Source of the DNA: a virus
Virus record (IMG/VR): IMGVR_UViG_3300030098_005409
Strand: one strand, 5' to 3'
Length of the DNA stretch: 64,000 bases
Notes under the pieces: model-generated
Database searches by the model: none
Told to the model about the DNA's origin: nothing
The model's input: the letters and a program-made list of their open reading frames with translations, nothing else
Shown here: one piece after another, positions 8,421 to 17,411 of the stretch
Position numbering within the stretch: the first letter of the stretch is position 1
Layout of the letters: each line of letters opens with the position of its first letter
Translations under genes and position numbers: made by a program

Positions 8421-9287
8421 TCAGCCAATATCCTGATCGTCTAAAAGTTCGTTAATGTATTGTACCACAGAGGAGTACCGAATGCAATAACAATATTTCT
8501 GCTCATAACTCGTTCTGAACACACCATACGATACATTCGTCCCCGTGTCAAGCCGAGACTTGACAAAGTTGTTGATTTTTCTGAACAGAGTGCCGTCATT
8601 CTTCAGGTCGTCCTCTCCAATACCATAGTAGTATACCACGTCCTTCGTGTTTGTCAAGGGGTAAAACCACCTTTCTTTATACTCAGTATAGTCATCACCC
8701 TCCAGCGTCACCGCGCCGATGGTGCATATGCGCGACAAATCAGACGGAGTGATAAAGTTGCCTATTACAGGTTCTGAGTGTCTAAACACATTAGTCATGT
8801 GAATAATATTCACTATTGCTTGATTCAGAGTGTCATAATAGCCAATAATTGACATGTCACCAATACTTCGCTCGATATAAGCATTATTAACCATAATAAT
8901 TCTCTCTAAAACGCCTGAACGAGCATATTCTTGCAGAACAGAAGATACGATTTTCTCTTGTTTCTTCTGAATCTCTGACATAATCGATAGATCGCCCTCA
9001 ATATACAAAACAGTCAGCCTGTTCTTTTGAAGTTGTTCCAGTAGTCGTAGAGAGCCACCAGAAATCTTGCCTGCGCCGGCAATAACAACCAATACATCCT
9101 CATCTTTAAATTTTAGCTTTCTCTTAAGATCCGGGAATGAGTTATCGTACTCTTCGTGATTCTTTTTAGCTTTAATTGTGATATCAGCATCTGGATTAGT
9201 ATCGATACCATAAGTTTGGTATTGCGGGAACTTTGAGAAAGCCTTCGCTATGCTACAACCAGCCTTGCCGAGGCCAACCACAATCAT
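8421..9287 (-). CDS. Divergent tubulin/FtsZ-superfamily protein (PhuZ/TubZ-like)
   Basis: N-terminal VVGLGKAGCSIA nucleotide-binding loop and VIAGAGKISGG (degenerate GGGTGSG). Start set at the ATG overlapping the upstream TGA. Confidence 0.7.
   Translation of the reverse strand: MIVVGLGKAGCSIAKAFSKFPQYQTYGIDTNPDADITIKAKKNHEEYDNSFPDLKRKLKFKDEDVLVVIAGAGKISGGSLRLLEQLQKNRLTVLYIEGDLSIMSEIQKKQEKIVSSVLQEYARSGVLERIIMVNNAYIERSIGDMSIIGYYDTLNQAIVNIIHMTNVFRHSEPVIGNFITPSDLSRICTIGAVTLEGDDYTEYKERWFYPLTNTKDVVYYYGIGEDDLKNDGTLFRKINNFVKSRLDTGTNVSYGVFRTSYEQKYCYCIRYSSVVQYINELLDDQDIG
8523..8551 (-). promoter_or_regulatory. Candidate sigma70-type promoter for the SSB
   Basis: TTGACA-17-TATGGT, about 135 nt upstream of the SSB start. 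Confidence 0.5.
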
Positions 9288-9598
9288 TCCTGAACCCACT
9301 CCAGAAAATATCCCATATCAAAACCGCCTCGCTCGACCCGCTTGACAGTTGTCGCGGACATAACCTGAGAGTCTCGAATACCTTCACGTTCGCAAATAAA
9401 ATGAAGAATTTCCATGATATCGGCTGCCTCTTCGGCGCAAGGGTTCTCAACAAACTCCATCACTTCTTCCTGAAGCTTCTTAAAGGCCGCATTTCTAAGT
9501 GCTTCGCCTTCGATAATGACGGTTTGGTGAGTTTTGCCTGCTTCTTCGATAATCTCTGGAATTCGATCTCGGACAAGTTTGTGATGTAGTGTTTTCAT
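9284..9598 (-). CDS. MazG-like / phosphoribosyl-ATP pyrophosphohydrolase-family NTP pyrophosphatase
   Basis: KLVRDRIPEII, KKLQEEVMEF, EEAADIME, KRVERGGF. Confidence 0.85.
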   Translation of the reverse strand: MKTLHHKLVRDRIPEIIEEAGKTHQTVIIEGEALRNAAFKKLQEEVMEFVENPCAEEAADIMEILHFICEREGIRDSQVMSATTVKRVERGGFDMGYFLEWVQE

Positions 9599-9822
9599 CG
9601 CTGGGACTCTTCCAGCTGAAACTCTTCTTCCTTGTCAACCAAATATTCAAAAATATCTGCCACCGTAAGTTCGGTATAATCGCACCCAAATTTCTCAGCG
9701 CACTCTTCAAATATCTCAATAAGTTGAAGCCTCATAAATCCGGCGACACCATCAACTTTTCGTACGCCATTAACAAAATAGCTGTGTCTTGGAGAATTGA
9801 TCTCGATTACATTGTCTTTCAT
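9595..9822 (-). CDS. Hypothetical protein
   Basis: 75 aa; 4-nt ATGA overlaps with both neighbours. Confidence 0.7.
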   Translation of the reverse strand: MKDNVIEINSPRHSYFVNGVRKVDGVAGFMRLQLIEIFEECAEKFGCDYTELTVADIFEYLVDKEEEFQLEESQR

Positions 9823-11006
9823 AATTTTAATTCCTTCATTTGGCCTAGATGTTTGCCTGCCGAGACATTCACCTTAAAATCACCATAGCGGGTTTTCTTG
9901 AACGTGTCAAGCATTTCTACAATTGCCTGTCGTTCGTCGTTTGCGAGATCGATGTATACAGCGTCGTGAATAAGAAACGCGATATTGCTTTTCATCCCCT
10001 TCAAAAGCTTAAAAACCTTATATGCCTGTTCATGCACCATATCAATAGTGGTGCTTTGTACAATGTAGTTTAGAGAGTGATGCTCATCTACATTATCCAT
10101 TATTCTACCATAATCTGTCTTAATTTTGAAGCCATTCCAGTACTTATTTCGCACAGAATTCTTATTGTAAAGTTGCTCTAACTCTCTGTTTTCGTTGGAA
10201 GAATACAGCCAAGCAAAAGTCTTAACTTTGGCTTCCTCACGGGTCAGTGAGTTATTAAATATGTTCTGAACATTCCAATCGTGAATATCGTTTTGCGGTT
10301 GTTCCTGCTCAGATAGAGCCAAAAGTACCCTTAGTTCTGCCGCATTAAAATCAAGCTCCACGAGCCAATCATTGTTTGGCTTAATACACCCTCGAAACTC
10401 CTTGCCCATCGTCAGAATCGGAAAAGACTTAGGCTTTGTCGCAAGTCTGCCGGTTACAGTACCCCAGGCGTTATAATCACACACCCAACGCGAGTTGCGG
10501 AGCCTGTGATGGAAGTTACGGCCCTTTACAGAAGACAAAAGATGCTTGATAGGCTCAATATCGATGTTTAAGTCTCTCGACTCAATGTCCGAGAGCATCC
10601 GAACCAGATTGGACATATACTCGTAATTCTCAGGACGATCGAAAGTGTCCAAAACGTGCTTTGTGACCTCATTTTTCGCATTCATGTAGCGATAAAGGAA
10701 ATATTCGGGCAATACGTCATAAAAGCAGTTATCGTCCAAAGAAAGGCCAGCGGTTTTGAAGGCTCTCAGGCACGATTTAAGCGTGTTTTTGATTTCCTCC
10801 CAGTCAGCCTTCATATCCTCCGGACAAACGTCTGTAATCGTCGCTCCGTTGGCGTAGATGCGTGCTATCTCATAACTACCTTCACCCAAATGACTGGAAT
10901 ATTCCCAAGTGCCACCTTCTGATGGAAGATCCGTCGTAGAGTTTATCTGATTTTTAGCAAAATAGCCAACACAATCGCGCTTGGCGTCTAGAACTTGAAA
11001 AAGCAA
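9819..11006 (-). CDS. Family A DNA polymerase, short polymerase-core-only form
   Basis: GTVTGRL, motif A ELDFNAAELR, motif B REEAKVKTFAWLY, NYIVQST, motif C IHDA; only 395 aa. Confidence 0.85.
   Translation of the reverse strand: MLFQVLDAKRDCVGYFAKNQINSTTDLPSEGGTWEYSSHLGEGSYEIARIYANGATITDVCPEDMKADWEEIKNTLKSCLRAFKTAGLSLDDNCFYDVLPEYFLYRYMNAKNEVTKHVLDTFDRPENYEYMSNLVRMLSDIESRDLNIDIEPIKHLLSSVKGRNFHHRLRNSRWVCDYNAWGTVTGRLATKPKSFPILTMGKEFRGCIKPNNDWLVELDFNAAELRVLLALSEQEQPQNDIHDWNVQNIFNNSLTREEAKVKTFAWLYSSNENRELEQLYNKNSVRNKYWNGFKIKTDYGRIMDNVDEHHSLNYIVQSTTIDMVHEQAYKVFKLLKGMKSNIAFLIHDAVYIDLANDERQAIVEMLDTFKKTRYGDFKVNVSAGKHLGQMKELKL
9882..9910 (-). promoter_or_regulatory. Candidate sigma70-type promoter for the 75-aa/MazG/tubulin genes
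   Basis: TTGACA-17-TATGGT in the 3' end of the polymerase gene. Confidence 0.45.
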
Positions 11007-11015
11007 GTTACCTCC

Positions 11016-12290
11016 CTAGTAACTGGACTGAATTGACACTGCGACTTCAGCCACTGTGTCTACTATATCAGTTAACTCGGTAATGTCAAGCGAAGAATTT
11101 AATTGGCCATAATTTTTAGGATAAATAAAGTTTTTATATGTTTCATCAACATATTTGACAACCATTGACTTTGCAGTTTCTAGGGAAGGCTGTGTTTTGA
11201 ATATTTCGTAAGCTCTTCTTTTTGTTTTCTTTACAGATGGTCCTTCATAATTTACCTCTGCATTTCTCAAATTAATGTATAAATCGATTAGTTCTTTAGT
11301 TGTTAGAGTTTGAGTTCCTAGCTGTTCTCTTACCTTTGTTACTAATCTATTTTTACCGCACATTTCTTCATAAAGTGGACTTTGATCAATAAATTTCTGA
11401 TATGCAATACGAATATAAGCCTCTAAGGCATTTAAATCAATTTCACTCGCATCAAAATAAAATGTATCAAAGAAATTTTGTTCTGTTATGGTTTCACCAT
11501 CATTAGTAAGATAGTAGTTAATATATTTTAATGATGCATCAGTGAATAAATCATATGTTAATACCCAAGGAACATACTTGTCAACTAGAAAACCAAACTT
11601 TTTGGCTGCGCGGGCGTAAAACTTGAAGTTGGGATCATTAATAAATTCATCATACTTGATTGAATCATTCCCTGCGTCTTGCTGAACAATAGCAATTTTT
11701 AGTCCGCTGCCAAAGGTTGATGCAAATGGAGATAAAACATAACTCGTTAAAGTTATCGGCATACTTTTCACCATATTTAAAAGATATTTAATATATAGGT
11801 GTTTAAAATCTATAAAATTTCTAATTGGATACTCGTAGGAGGGCACATAATTGTTAATGAAAGCTTCTGCTATTTTACTTGCATGAGTATTGTATGAAGA
11901 AGACCAATCGGAATAGCTGATTACGGCTCTCATATTGTATAAAGAGGAATTACCACCTCTATCGATACAGTTAGTTACATAAGCCGTCTTCATATGTTCT
12001 ACCAAGGCTGAGAACGCTATATTAACAAAGTTTAGGCAAAACATACTTGGCTGCACGCCATAGTCGATTTGCACAATGTTGGACGATCGCGGAATTACAA
12101 CAGTTTGTTCTTGGTTTACTCTGCCATACAAACTCTTATCATACCAGCTGTCTAATGGTTTGACAATATCTTCAGGATAAATGACCTCTTTATACAAAGA
12201 ACGTTGAAAAAACTTAGCTCTAGCAGATTGTGAGTTTCTGCCTGACGGATTCGCTATTTCTTCCTCGGTATAATCGTATGTCGTAGTCAT
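11016..12290 (-). CDS. Hypothetical protein, last gene of the tail operon (possibly virion-associated)
   Basis: 424-aa AT-rich ORF starting 1 nt after the hub gene stop. Confidence 0.7.
   Translation of the reverse strand: MTTTYDYTEEEIANPSGRNSQSARAKFFQRSLYKEVIYPEDIVKPLDSWYDKSLYGRVNQEQTVVIPRSSNIVQIDYGVQPSMFCLNFVNIAFSALVEHMKTAYVTNCIDRGGNSSLYNMRAVISYSDWSSSYNTHASKIAEAFINNYVPSYEYPIRNFIDFKHLYIKYLLNMVKSMPITLTSYVLSPFASTFGSGLKIAIVQQDAGNDSIKYDEFINDPNFKFYARAAKKFGFLVDKYVPWVLTYDLFTDASLKYINYYLTNDGETITEQNFFDTFYFDASEIDLNALEAYIRIAYQKFIDQSPLYEEMCGKNRLVTKVREQLGTQTLTTKELIDLYINLRNAEVNYEGPSVKKTKRRAYEIFKTQPSLETAKSMVVKYVDETYKNFIYPKNYGQLNSSLDITELTDIVDTVAEVAVSIQSSY
11062..11089 (-). promoter_or_regulatory. Candidate sigma70-type promoter for the polymerase
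   Basis: TTGACA-16-TATAGT with an extended -10 (TGa-TATAGT), about 55 nt upstream of the polA-like start. Confidence 0.55.
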
Positions 12291-12291
12291 G

Positions 12292-15200
12292 TTAATTTCC
12301 TGAAGATTTAGGGTTCAATATTTCTTGCCCATCATAAGGAACTAGTTGTGTCACGGAATTACCCGTACCAGAAAAATCAATTCCTTCTTGGATAGCATCA
12401 ATTGACACATTAAAACCAGCTGAGGATATATCGTGGGAGACCTTTGTCACCATGTAATACCCGCCTATGCCCAGCAAGCGTGCCAAGTTTGGCAAACTTC
12501 CTTTTTGTTGCATGCTTCCTGCACCGATCGCAATAGGATTTACATAAATGTACTGTCCGTTTTTATGAAGATTATTGCCAACCATTTGAATGCTTGCATT
12601 GTAAAGTTCTCTTAACTGCACCGCCGATAGGGCACTTTTTCGTTGAAGCCGAGATTCACGATAATATGGCAAATCGTTTCTATTAAATTTAATGCTTTTT
12701 GCAATTCCGCATGCTGCTCCAAGGTAGTAATGATAAATTCCAGTGTTTAAATCTTTATCATAATTTCCGGTTAATGGTCGTGAGTCAACCGAATAAAGAA
12801 TAAATGTTGGTATTGTAGGTTTTTGGTTTTGAGACAGTGCAACACAATCTTTTTTATCTGCCTCTCTTTTGGAGGACGCTAACTCCTGCACGGTTGTTAC
12901 TTTTCCAGTAAAGGTTTTATCAAGATTGAATATTGATGTATCAAATCTTAAATTAAAATTAAGATCCTCAAAACAGATTGAATTAAAAGCTTTACCAATT
13001 AAAGAACTGCACACCGTTTTTATAAATCTTAAAACACTGTATTGTTCAACTTGGGGCTTGACGATGTTATTAATAAACCACTCTTGAAATACCTCTAAAG
13101 AAATAGGCATACTAGCAATATTGGTTGTAAACTTGATACCAGTTAAGCCACGAAATCGCATTGGATCCACTTTTGACATTTCTCTCAAGACTAGGACATC
13201 CTTATTATCCGGGCATTCAATTTCAATTTTCTCGATCTGGTATGCTAAAAGTGGGTCGATCAGCTCAACCTGCGACATTATTAATTGTAGACTTCCTCTG
13301 CTTTTGTCTTTATCTATTATTATTCCCACATATTCCAAAACAGAATCTATCAAATCGCCCAAATAGAAAAACGGAATTTTTAAATCGGTATTTGTATTTC
13401 TTGCAGCCTTTTCAAGATTTAATCGACGAACGACCGACTGACCTTTTTCTACATCTGTTAAGTCTTTATCGCTAGTCTCTACTTTACTCAACTCATTAAT
13501 TTTTTTGGCTGCAGTGTCATACATGGCTGCAGCTGCTCCTGAATCAGATTGCGGATTATATCCACTTAGGTATTCATCACCTCCTACTCTGTTTCTAGCT
13601 GCTCGGGCTCTCTGCTCTGGTGTCATGTTTTTTAATAATGTGCGTTGGCTCGCTGGAACTGTGTATGAATATATCTTTTGGTCACGGTACAAGTTATTTA
13701 AGAATCTTTTGTATTTGATTGCTTTGTCTTGTTTGGTATATTTAAGTTTTTCCTCAAGAAGGTCTTCTTTTTCTCTATTGAGGCTTTCAATGACGTCGTC
13801 GTCTGCAACGGAAGATTGATTCTCTTGATCGTATTTGTTAAGCTGCTTGCTTATATCCTGATTTATTTTTTTGAGTTTGTTATCGATGCCTTTGAGCGTA
13901 GATTTAAATTTACTTGGACTGCCAAATATGTTCGCATCCGGCGATCTTGCTAGTCCAGATAGTCTTGCTTGGTAATTTATGTTTAAGTCAACAGAGCCAT
14001 TTTCATTAAAGTTTAGTTCGTGAGTCGTTAACGTCAAATACAGGGCAACTCTTGTCGCATTAATTGCAGCTTCAAGGTCTTTTCCATAGCTGTCACCTTT
14101 TCCTCTGGATGATTGTAACTGATTTACGATACTTGAGAAATTCGCTGGGGTCGACCATCCTACGCATGCTTTAATTTCAAAGTCTCTTGGATCATACTCC
14201 ATCATTGTAGCTTCGAAACACTCCGTAGAGATAGGTAGGGCAGCACTTTGATCACTAACGCGTGTTTGATCTGAAGCCTTATTGCTTCGCTGGCGGGCAG
14301 ATTTAATGATTAAGTCTAGGTATCCTGGTTTTTCCTGTCCAGCGGCGAGTCCTTGATTGAGTGAAAATAAATCTTGAATCGTTTGGAAATGTAAATTTAA
14401 CCGGGCGCTTATGTTATTGTCGACCTCAGCGGGGTTGACCCCATCTAGATTCCACGAAAATGATTTAATGCCTGCCCCTGGAAATCTACCGTAGTCGTTA
14501 TTCATGATTGCTTGAATATCTGATGGATCTATAAAGTTTGGAAACGGTATTTCCTGCTGCAGTGTAGGAATAAGCTTGTCTTCGCCCTCATATTCAACAC
14601 GATAAATTTTGATGTGCGGCGTAAGCAGAGCGTATATCTCTGGGCACAAATTTAGGAGAGCATTGACTTCGTCTGTTTTGTTGGCGTGATTGATATACGA
14701 AATCAAGTTTCCCGGGAGAGAATTGCCTCCCTCAGCACTGTTGTATATTGTGCCGATATTTTCGTACTTACTGACGTTAAATACCGTGAGATCATCTTTG
14801 TACTCTGATAGTGCTCTGATATTTTCTAAAAGGTAGCACTGATGTTCAACGGGCTTAAGGGCTGACGGTTTTGGCTTAGGAAGTACTTTCTTGAATGGAG
14901 TTTTGATATCTTCTTCCTCGGCACCCAGAACCGTCTGCGCCGATTGTAGATTTTTCTGAACTTCTTCTACAAAATCTTTAAGAACATCCTTTAAGACTGC
15001 CCATGTCGTTGAGGGATATAGAGTTGCTATGGTCGTTATAACATCTAAGTTCCATGCATAGATGCTTTCAAAAAACCCGCCGCTAGCCGTGCGCGAAAAC
15101 GGCCCGCCATTATAGAACAAGATATTATCAGCTAGGAATTCATCGGTTACAGATGGGGGATTCCCGCTAAATATTTCTGAGAAAAAATTCCCCACGTCGC

Positions 15201-16242
15201 GCAGAAAGCCATCCCCAGTGATGCCACTAAAGTTAATACTTTGTCCACTTTGCTGTGCGTATTCTATCAATTCTTTTCTGGTCTTAACGCTGATTGTTCC
15301 CGCGTTGGAAACGTAATCTTTTCCAGCCCCAAAGTCCTCTACTAGACGACCGTTAATTAATGGGAAAAGAGCAGCTGGGTGCTCGATGGTTTGCACATAG
15401 GTTCCGGCGCGCGCGTCGGATCCAACCGTTTTTGTTTTTTGCTCGGTTCTCGGGGGGATTGGTCTTAAATATGGAAACCATAAAATCGAGTTTAGCTCTG
15501 ATCCTTCGCTAACCTCAGTCGTTGTCGAGGAAGCTACTCCTGACACGGTTTCGGTAGTAGTAGTGCGAATTAGCGGAGTCACCGCAGCCCGATCGGCTGG
15601 GAGTCCTGTTGCGCCTGTTTTGGTGGGGGCGTTCTGAGCTATATCTTTCGTGAACCAAGCTGTTTGGTACACAAACATAAAAAACAGATACACTCCGGGT
15701 CCTGCAAGGTTTAAAGTTGAGCCTCCGGTCGGACCAAATTCAAAAATACTTTCAGTTACAGCACCGCCTAAATTATCTTCTGTGACATTCGCAACGTCTT
15801 CGCGGGGTTGGAGACTTTTGTCTCGAAACACTTCGTTTGTGTTGGTGAGGATTTCGTAAAGTGTAGCCTTACCCTCATCAGTTTCGAATAGCTTTTTAGC
15901 TTTTTTATAAAATCTATTTGCGATGGTTCCGGGTTTCCCAGTGCCCAAGCCGTCATGTAAACTAAACTGCTGCTGCTTAAAAGTCTCATAAGAGTCTTTA
16001 TCAGAGCCGATTCTCTTATATTCTTGATTTCCGTCCTCGTCTGTACCTGCTTTGAGAAATTCAAAACCCGGGTCGTCCTTAAATTCATCCAAAAGTGAAT
16101 TAAGCTTATTGGCCCACTCAGCGGTGCCACCATCATCAATGGATGACAAATATTCATAAACATAGGATTGACAAATGTCTTCTATAATCTTATTGTTGCG
16201 TATGAAATCAACTGCTCTTGGGGTATAATTCGGCTGTGTCAT
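12292..16242 (-). CDS. Large baseplate hub-like tail protein (gp27/GpD-type fold inferred)
   Basis: Position after the LysM and tube-initiator genes; GIKSFSW segment and C-terminal LGIGGYYMVTKVSHDI pattern typical of hub proteins. Confidence 0.55.
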   Translation of the reverse strand: MTQPNYTPRAVDFIRNNKIIEDICQSYVYEYLSSIDDGGTAEWANKLNSLLDEFKDDPGFEFLKAGTDEDGNQEYKRIGSDKDSYETFKQQQFSLHDGLGTGKPGTIANRFYKKAKKLFETDEGKATLYEILTNTNEVFRDKSLQPREDVANVTEDNLGGAVTESIFEFGPTGGSTLNLAGPGVYLFFMFVYQTAWFTKDIAQNAPTKTGATGLPADRAAVTPLIRTTTTETVSGVASSTTTEVSEGSELNSILWFPYLRPIPPRTEQKTKTVGSDARAGTYVQTIEHPAALFPLINGRLVEDFGAGKDYVSNAGTISVKTRKELIEYAQQSGQSINFSGITGDGFLRDVGNFFSEIFSGNPPSVTDEFLADNILFYNGGPFSRTASGGFFESIYAWNLDVITTIATLYPSTTWAVLKDVLKDFVEEVQKNLQSAQTVLGAEEEDIKTPFKKVLPKPKPSALKPVEHQCYLLENIRALSEYKDDLTVFNVSKYENIGTIYNSAEGGNSLPGNLISYINHANKTDEVNALLNLCPEIYALLTPHIKIYRVEYEGEDKLIPTLQQEIPFPNFIDPSDIQAIMNNDYGRFPGAGIKSFSWNLDGVNPAEVDNNISARLNLHFQTIQDLFSLNQGLAAGQEKPGYLDLIIKSARQRSNKASDQTRVSDQSAALPISTECFEATMMEYDPRDFEIKACVGWSTPANFSSIVNQLQSSRGKGDSYGKDLEAAINATRVALYLTLTTHELNFNENGSVDLNINYQARLSGLARSPDANIFGSPSKFKSTLKGIDNKLKKINQDISKQLNKYDQENQSSVADDDVIESLNREKEDLLEEKLKYTKQDKAIKYKRFLNNLYRDQKIYSYTVPASQRTLLKNMTPEQRARAARNRVGGDEYLSGYNPQSDSGAAAAMYDTAAKKINELSKVETSDKDLTDVEKGQSVVRRLNLEKAARNTNTDLKIPFFYLGDLIDSVLEYVGIIIDKDKSRGSLQLIMSQVELIDPLLAYQIEKIEIECPDNKDVLVLREMSKVDPMRFRGLTGIKFTTNIASMPISLEVFQEWFINNIVKPQVEQYSVLRFIKTVCSSLIGKAFNSICFEDLNFNLRFDTSIFNLDKTFTGKVTTVQELASSKREADKKDCVALSQNQKPTIPTFILYSVDSRPLTGNYDKDLNTGIYHYYLGAACGIAKSIKFNRNDLPYYRESRLQRKSALSAVQLRELYNASIQMVGNNLHKNGQYIYVNPIAIGAGSMQQKGSLPNLARLLGIGGYYMVTKVSHDISSAGFNVSIDAIQEGIDFSGTGNSVTQLVPYDGQEILNPKSSGN

Positions 16243-16245
16243 GCT

Positions 16246-16584
16246 TTATTCCAGAATGTAATTCAATATCTTCTCTAATGGTGTAGGGATATAAATAATA
16301 TCACCAGGAGTTAAATCAGCCTCGGTAGGCTTCTTGTTATAATGAGCAATGACCCACCAGTACTTTGGATTACCGTAAAACTTTGAAGCAAGCTTATAGT
16401 ATCTATCGCCAACGCTCCAAACGTGCTGTACTCTTGTCAAATTCTTGATCTCATCAACAGTTGGGAATTTCATAAATCTAGTACCGTACTGAAAGATTTG
16501 TTTAACTCCTCTATCGTCAAGAATATTTTCGTATTCTTCTAGATCATTTTTAAGAACTCGTCGGTTGTCGTATCTGCTGGTCAT
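16246..16584 (-). CDS. LysM-domain baseplate protein (gp53 / tail protein X-like)
   Basis: HVWSVGDRYYKLASKFYGNPKYWWVIAHYN...LTPGDIIYIP. Confidence 0.85.
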   Translation of the reverse strand: MTSRYDNRRVLKNDLEEYENILDDRGVKQIFQYGTRFMKFPTVDEIKNLTRVQHVWSVGDRYYKLASKFYGNPKYWWVIAHYNKKPTEADLTPGDIIYIPTPLEKILNYILE

Positions 16585-16595
16585 TATATGAATTC

Positions 16596-17399
16596 CTAAG
16601 TTTTCTCAGTGATGGTTTCCTGGCTGGCTTCAGCCTCGTCCTGATTCGTTCCAACCCCAGTTTGCCAAACATCGGCAACACCGTCGTTATTAAGATCTGG
16701 AGGCAATGTAACAAATGGACTTGCCCCTCCGTGTGGATAATTCAAATTTAAAGATGCTCCATCGTCAGATTGTTGCGATTTGCCAAAGGAATATACAGTT
16801 TTACTATCTTCACCCTGACCGGCTTCCGTCTGAACCCAGCCAGTTAAGTGTGTGTGGAGCACAGTAAACGTCAGCTGAACACTGTGAGATTGATAAACAA
16901 TATCTTTTCTGTTTGCTCTGTCGGCAAAAAACTGTCCCGCTTCTATATTTGGAGAATAGGTGAACCCATTCAAGAATCCGACAAGCTCGCCATTATCAGC
17001 CGCATTTTTTACAAGAGAATTAAACTTCATTTTCAATAGAGGTGCTGCCTTGAGAACCTGACTATTTTCTCTAGAGGTCCCACCAGCAACTGGATTAGAA
17101 TACACAGGATACAAGAACTGAGTTAGTTTATTTAACTTTCCTTGATTTATTCTAGCTTCATTTTCGTCTGCAGCGACAACATCAAAAGCAATAGTTATCA
17201 CACGTCCAGTTTTGGCAAAAGTGTATAAATCGTCCATTCGCCCATATACGGGAGTTCCTTGCCAAGTAGATGAAAAAGCGTCAGTAAAGCCCGTAAGCCA
17301 CGAATGAAACTCAACCTTCTTGTTGGTTGGAATATGAGTAATATGAATTAAGAAATCAGAATCGTTAAAAAATGTTGGTTGTTTTACTCTATCGGCCAT
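16596..17399 (-). CDS. Tail tube initiator / baseplate tube-like protein
   Basis: FTDAFSSTWQGTPVYGRMDD...RVITIAFDV pattern; located right after the tape measure gene. Confidence 0.65.
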   Translation of the reverse strand: MADRVKQPTFFNDSDFLIHITHIPTNKKVEFHSWLTGFTDAFSSTWQGTPVYGRMDDLYTFAKTGRVITIAFDVVAADENEARINQGKLNKLTQFLYPVYSNPVAGGTSRENSQVLKAAPLLKMKFNSLVKNAADNGELVGFLNGFTYSPNIEAGQFFADRANRKDIVYQSHSVQLTFTVLHTHLTGWVQTEAGQGEDSKTVYSFGKSQQSDDGASLNLNYPHGGASPFVTLPPDLNNDGVADVWQTGVGTNQDEAEASQETITEKT

Positions 17400-17411
17400 T
17401 TACTTTACCTC

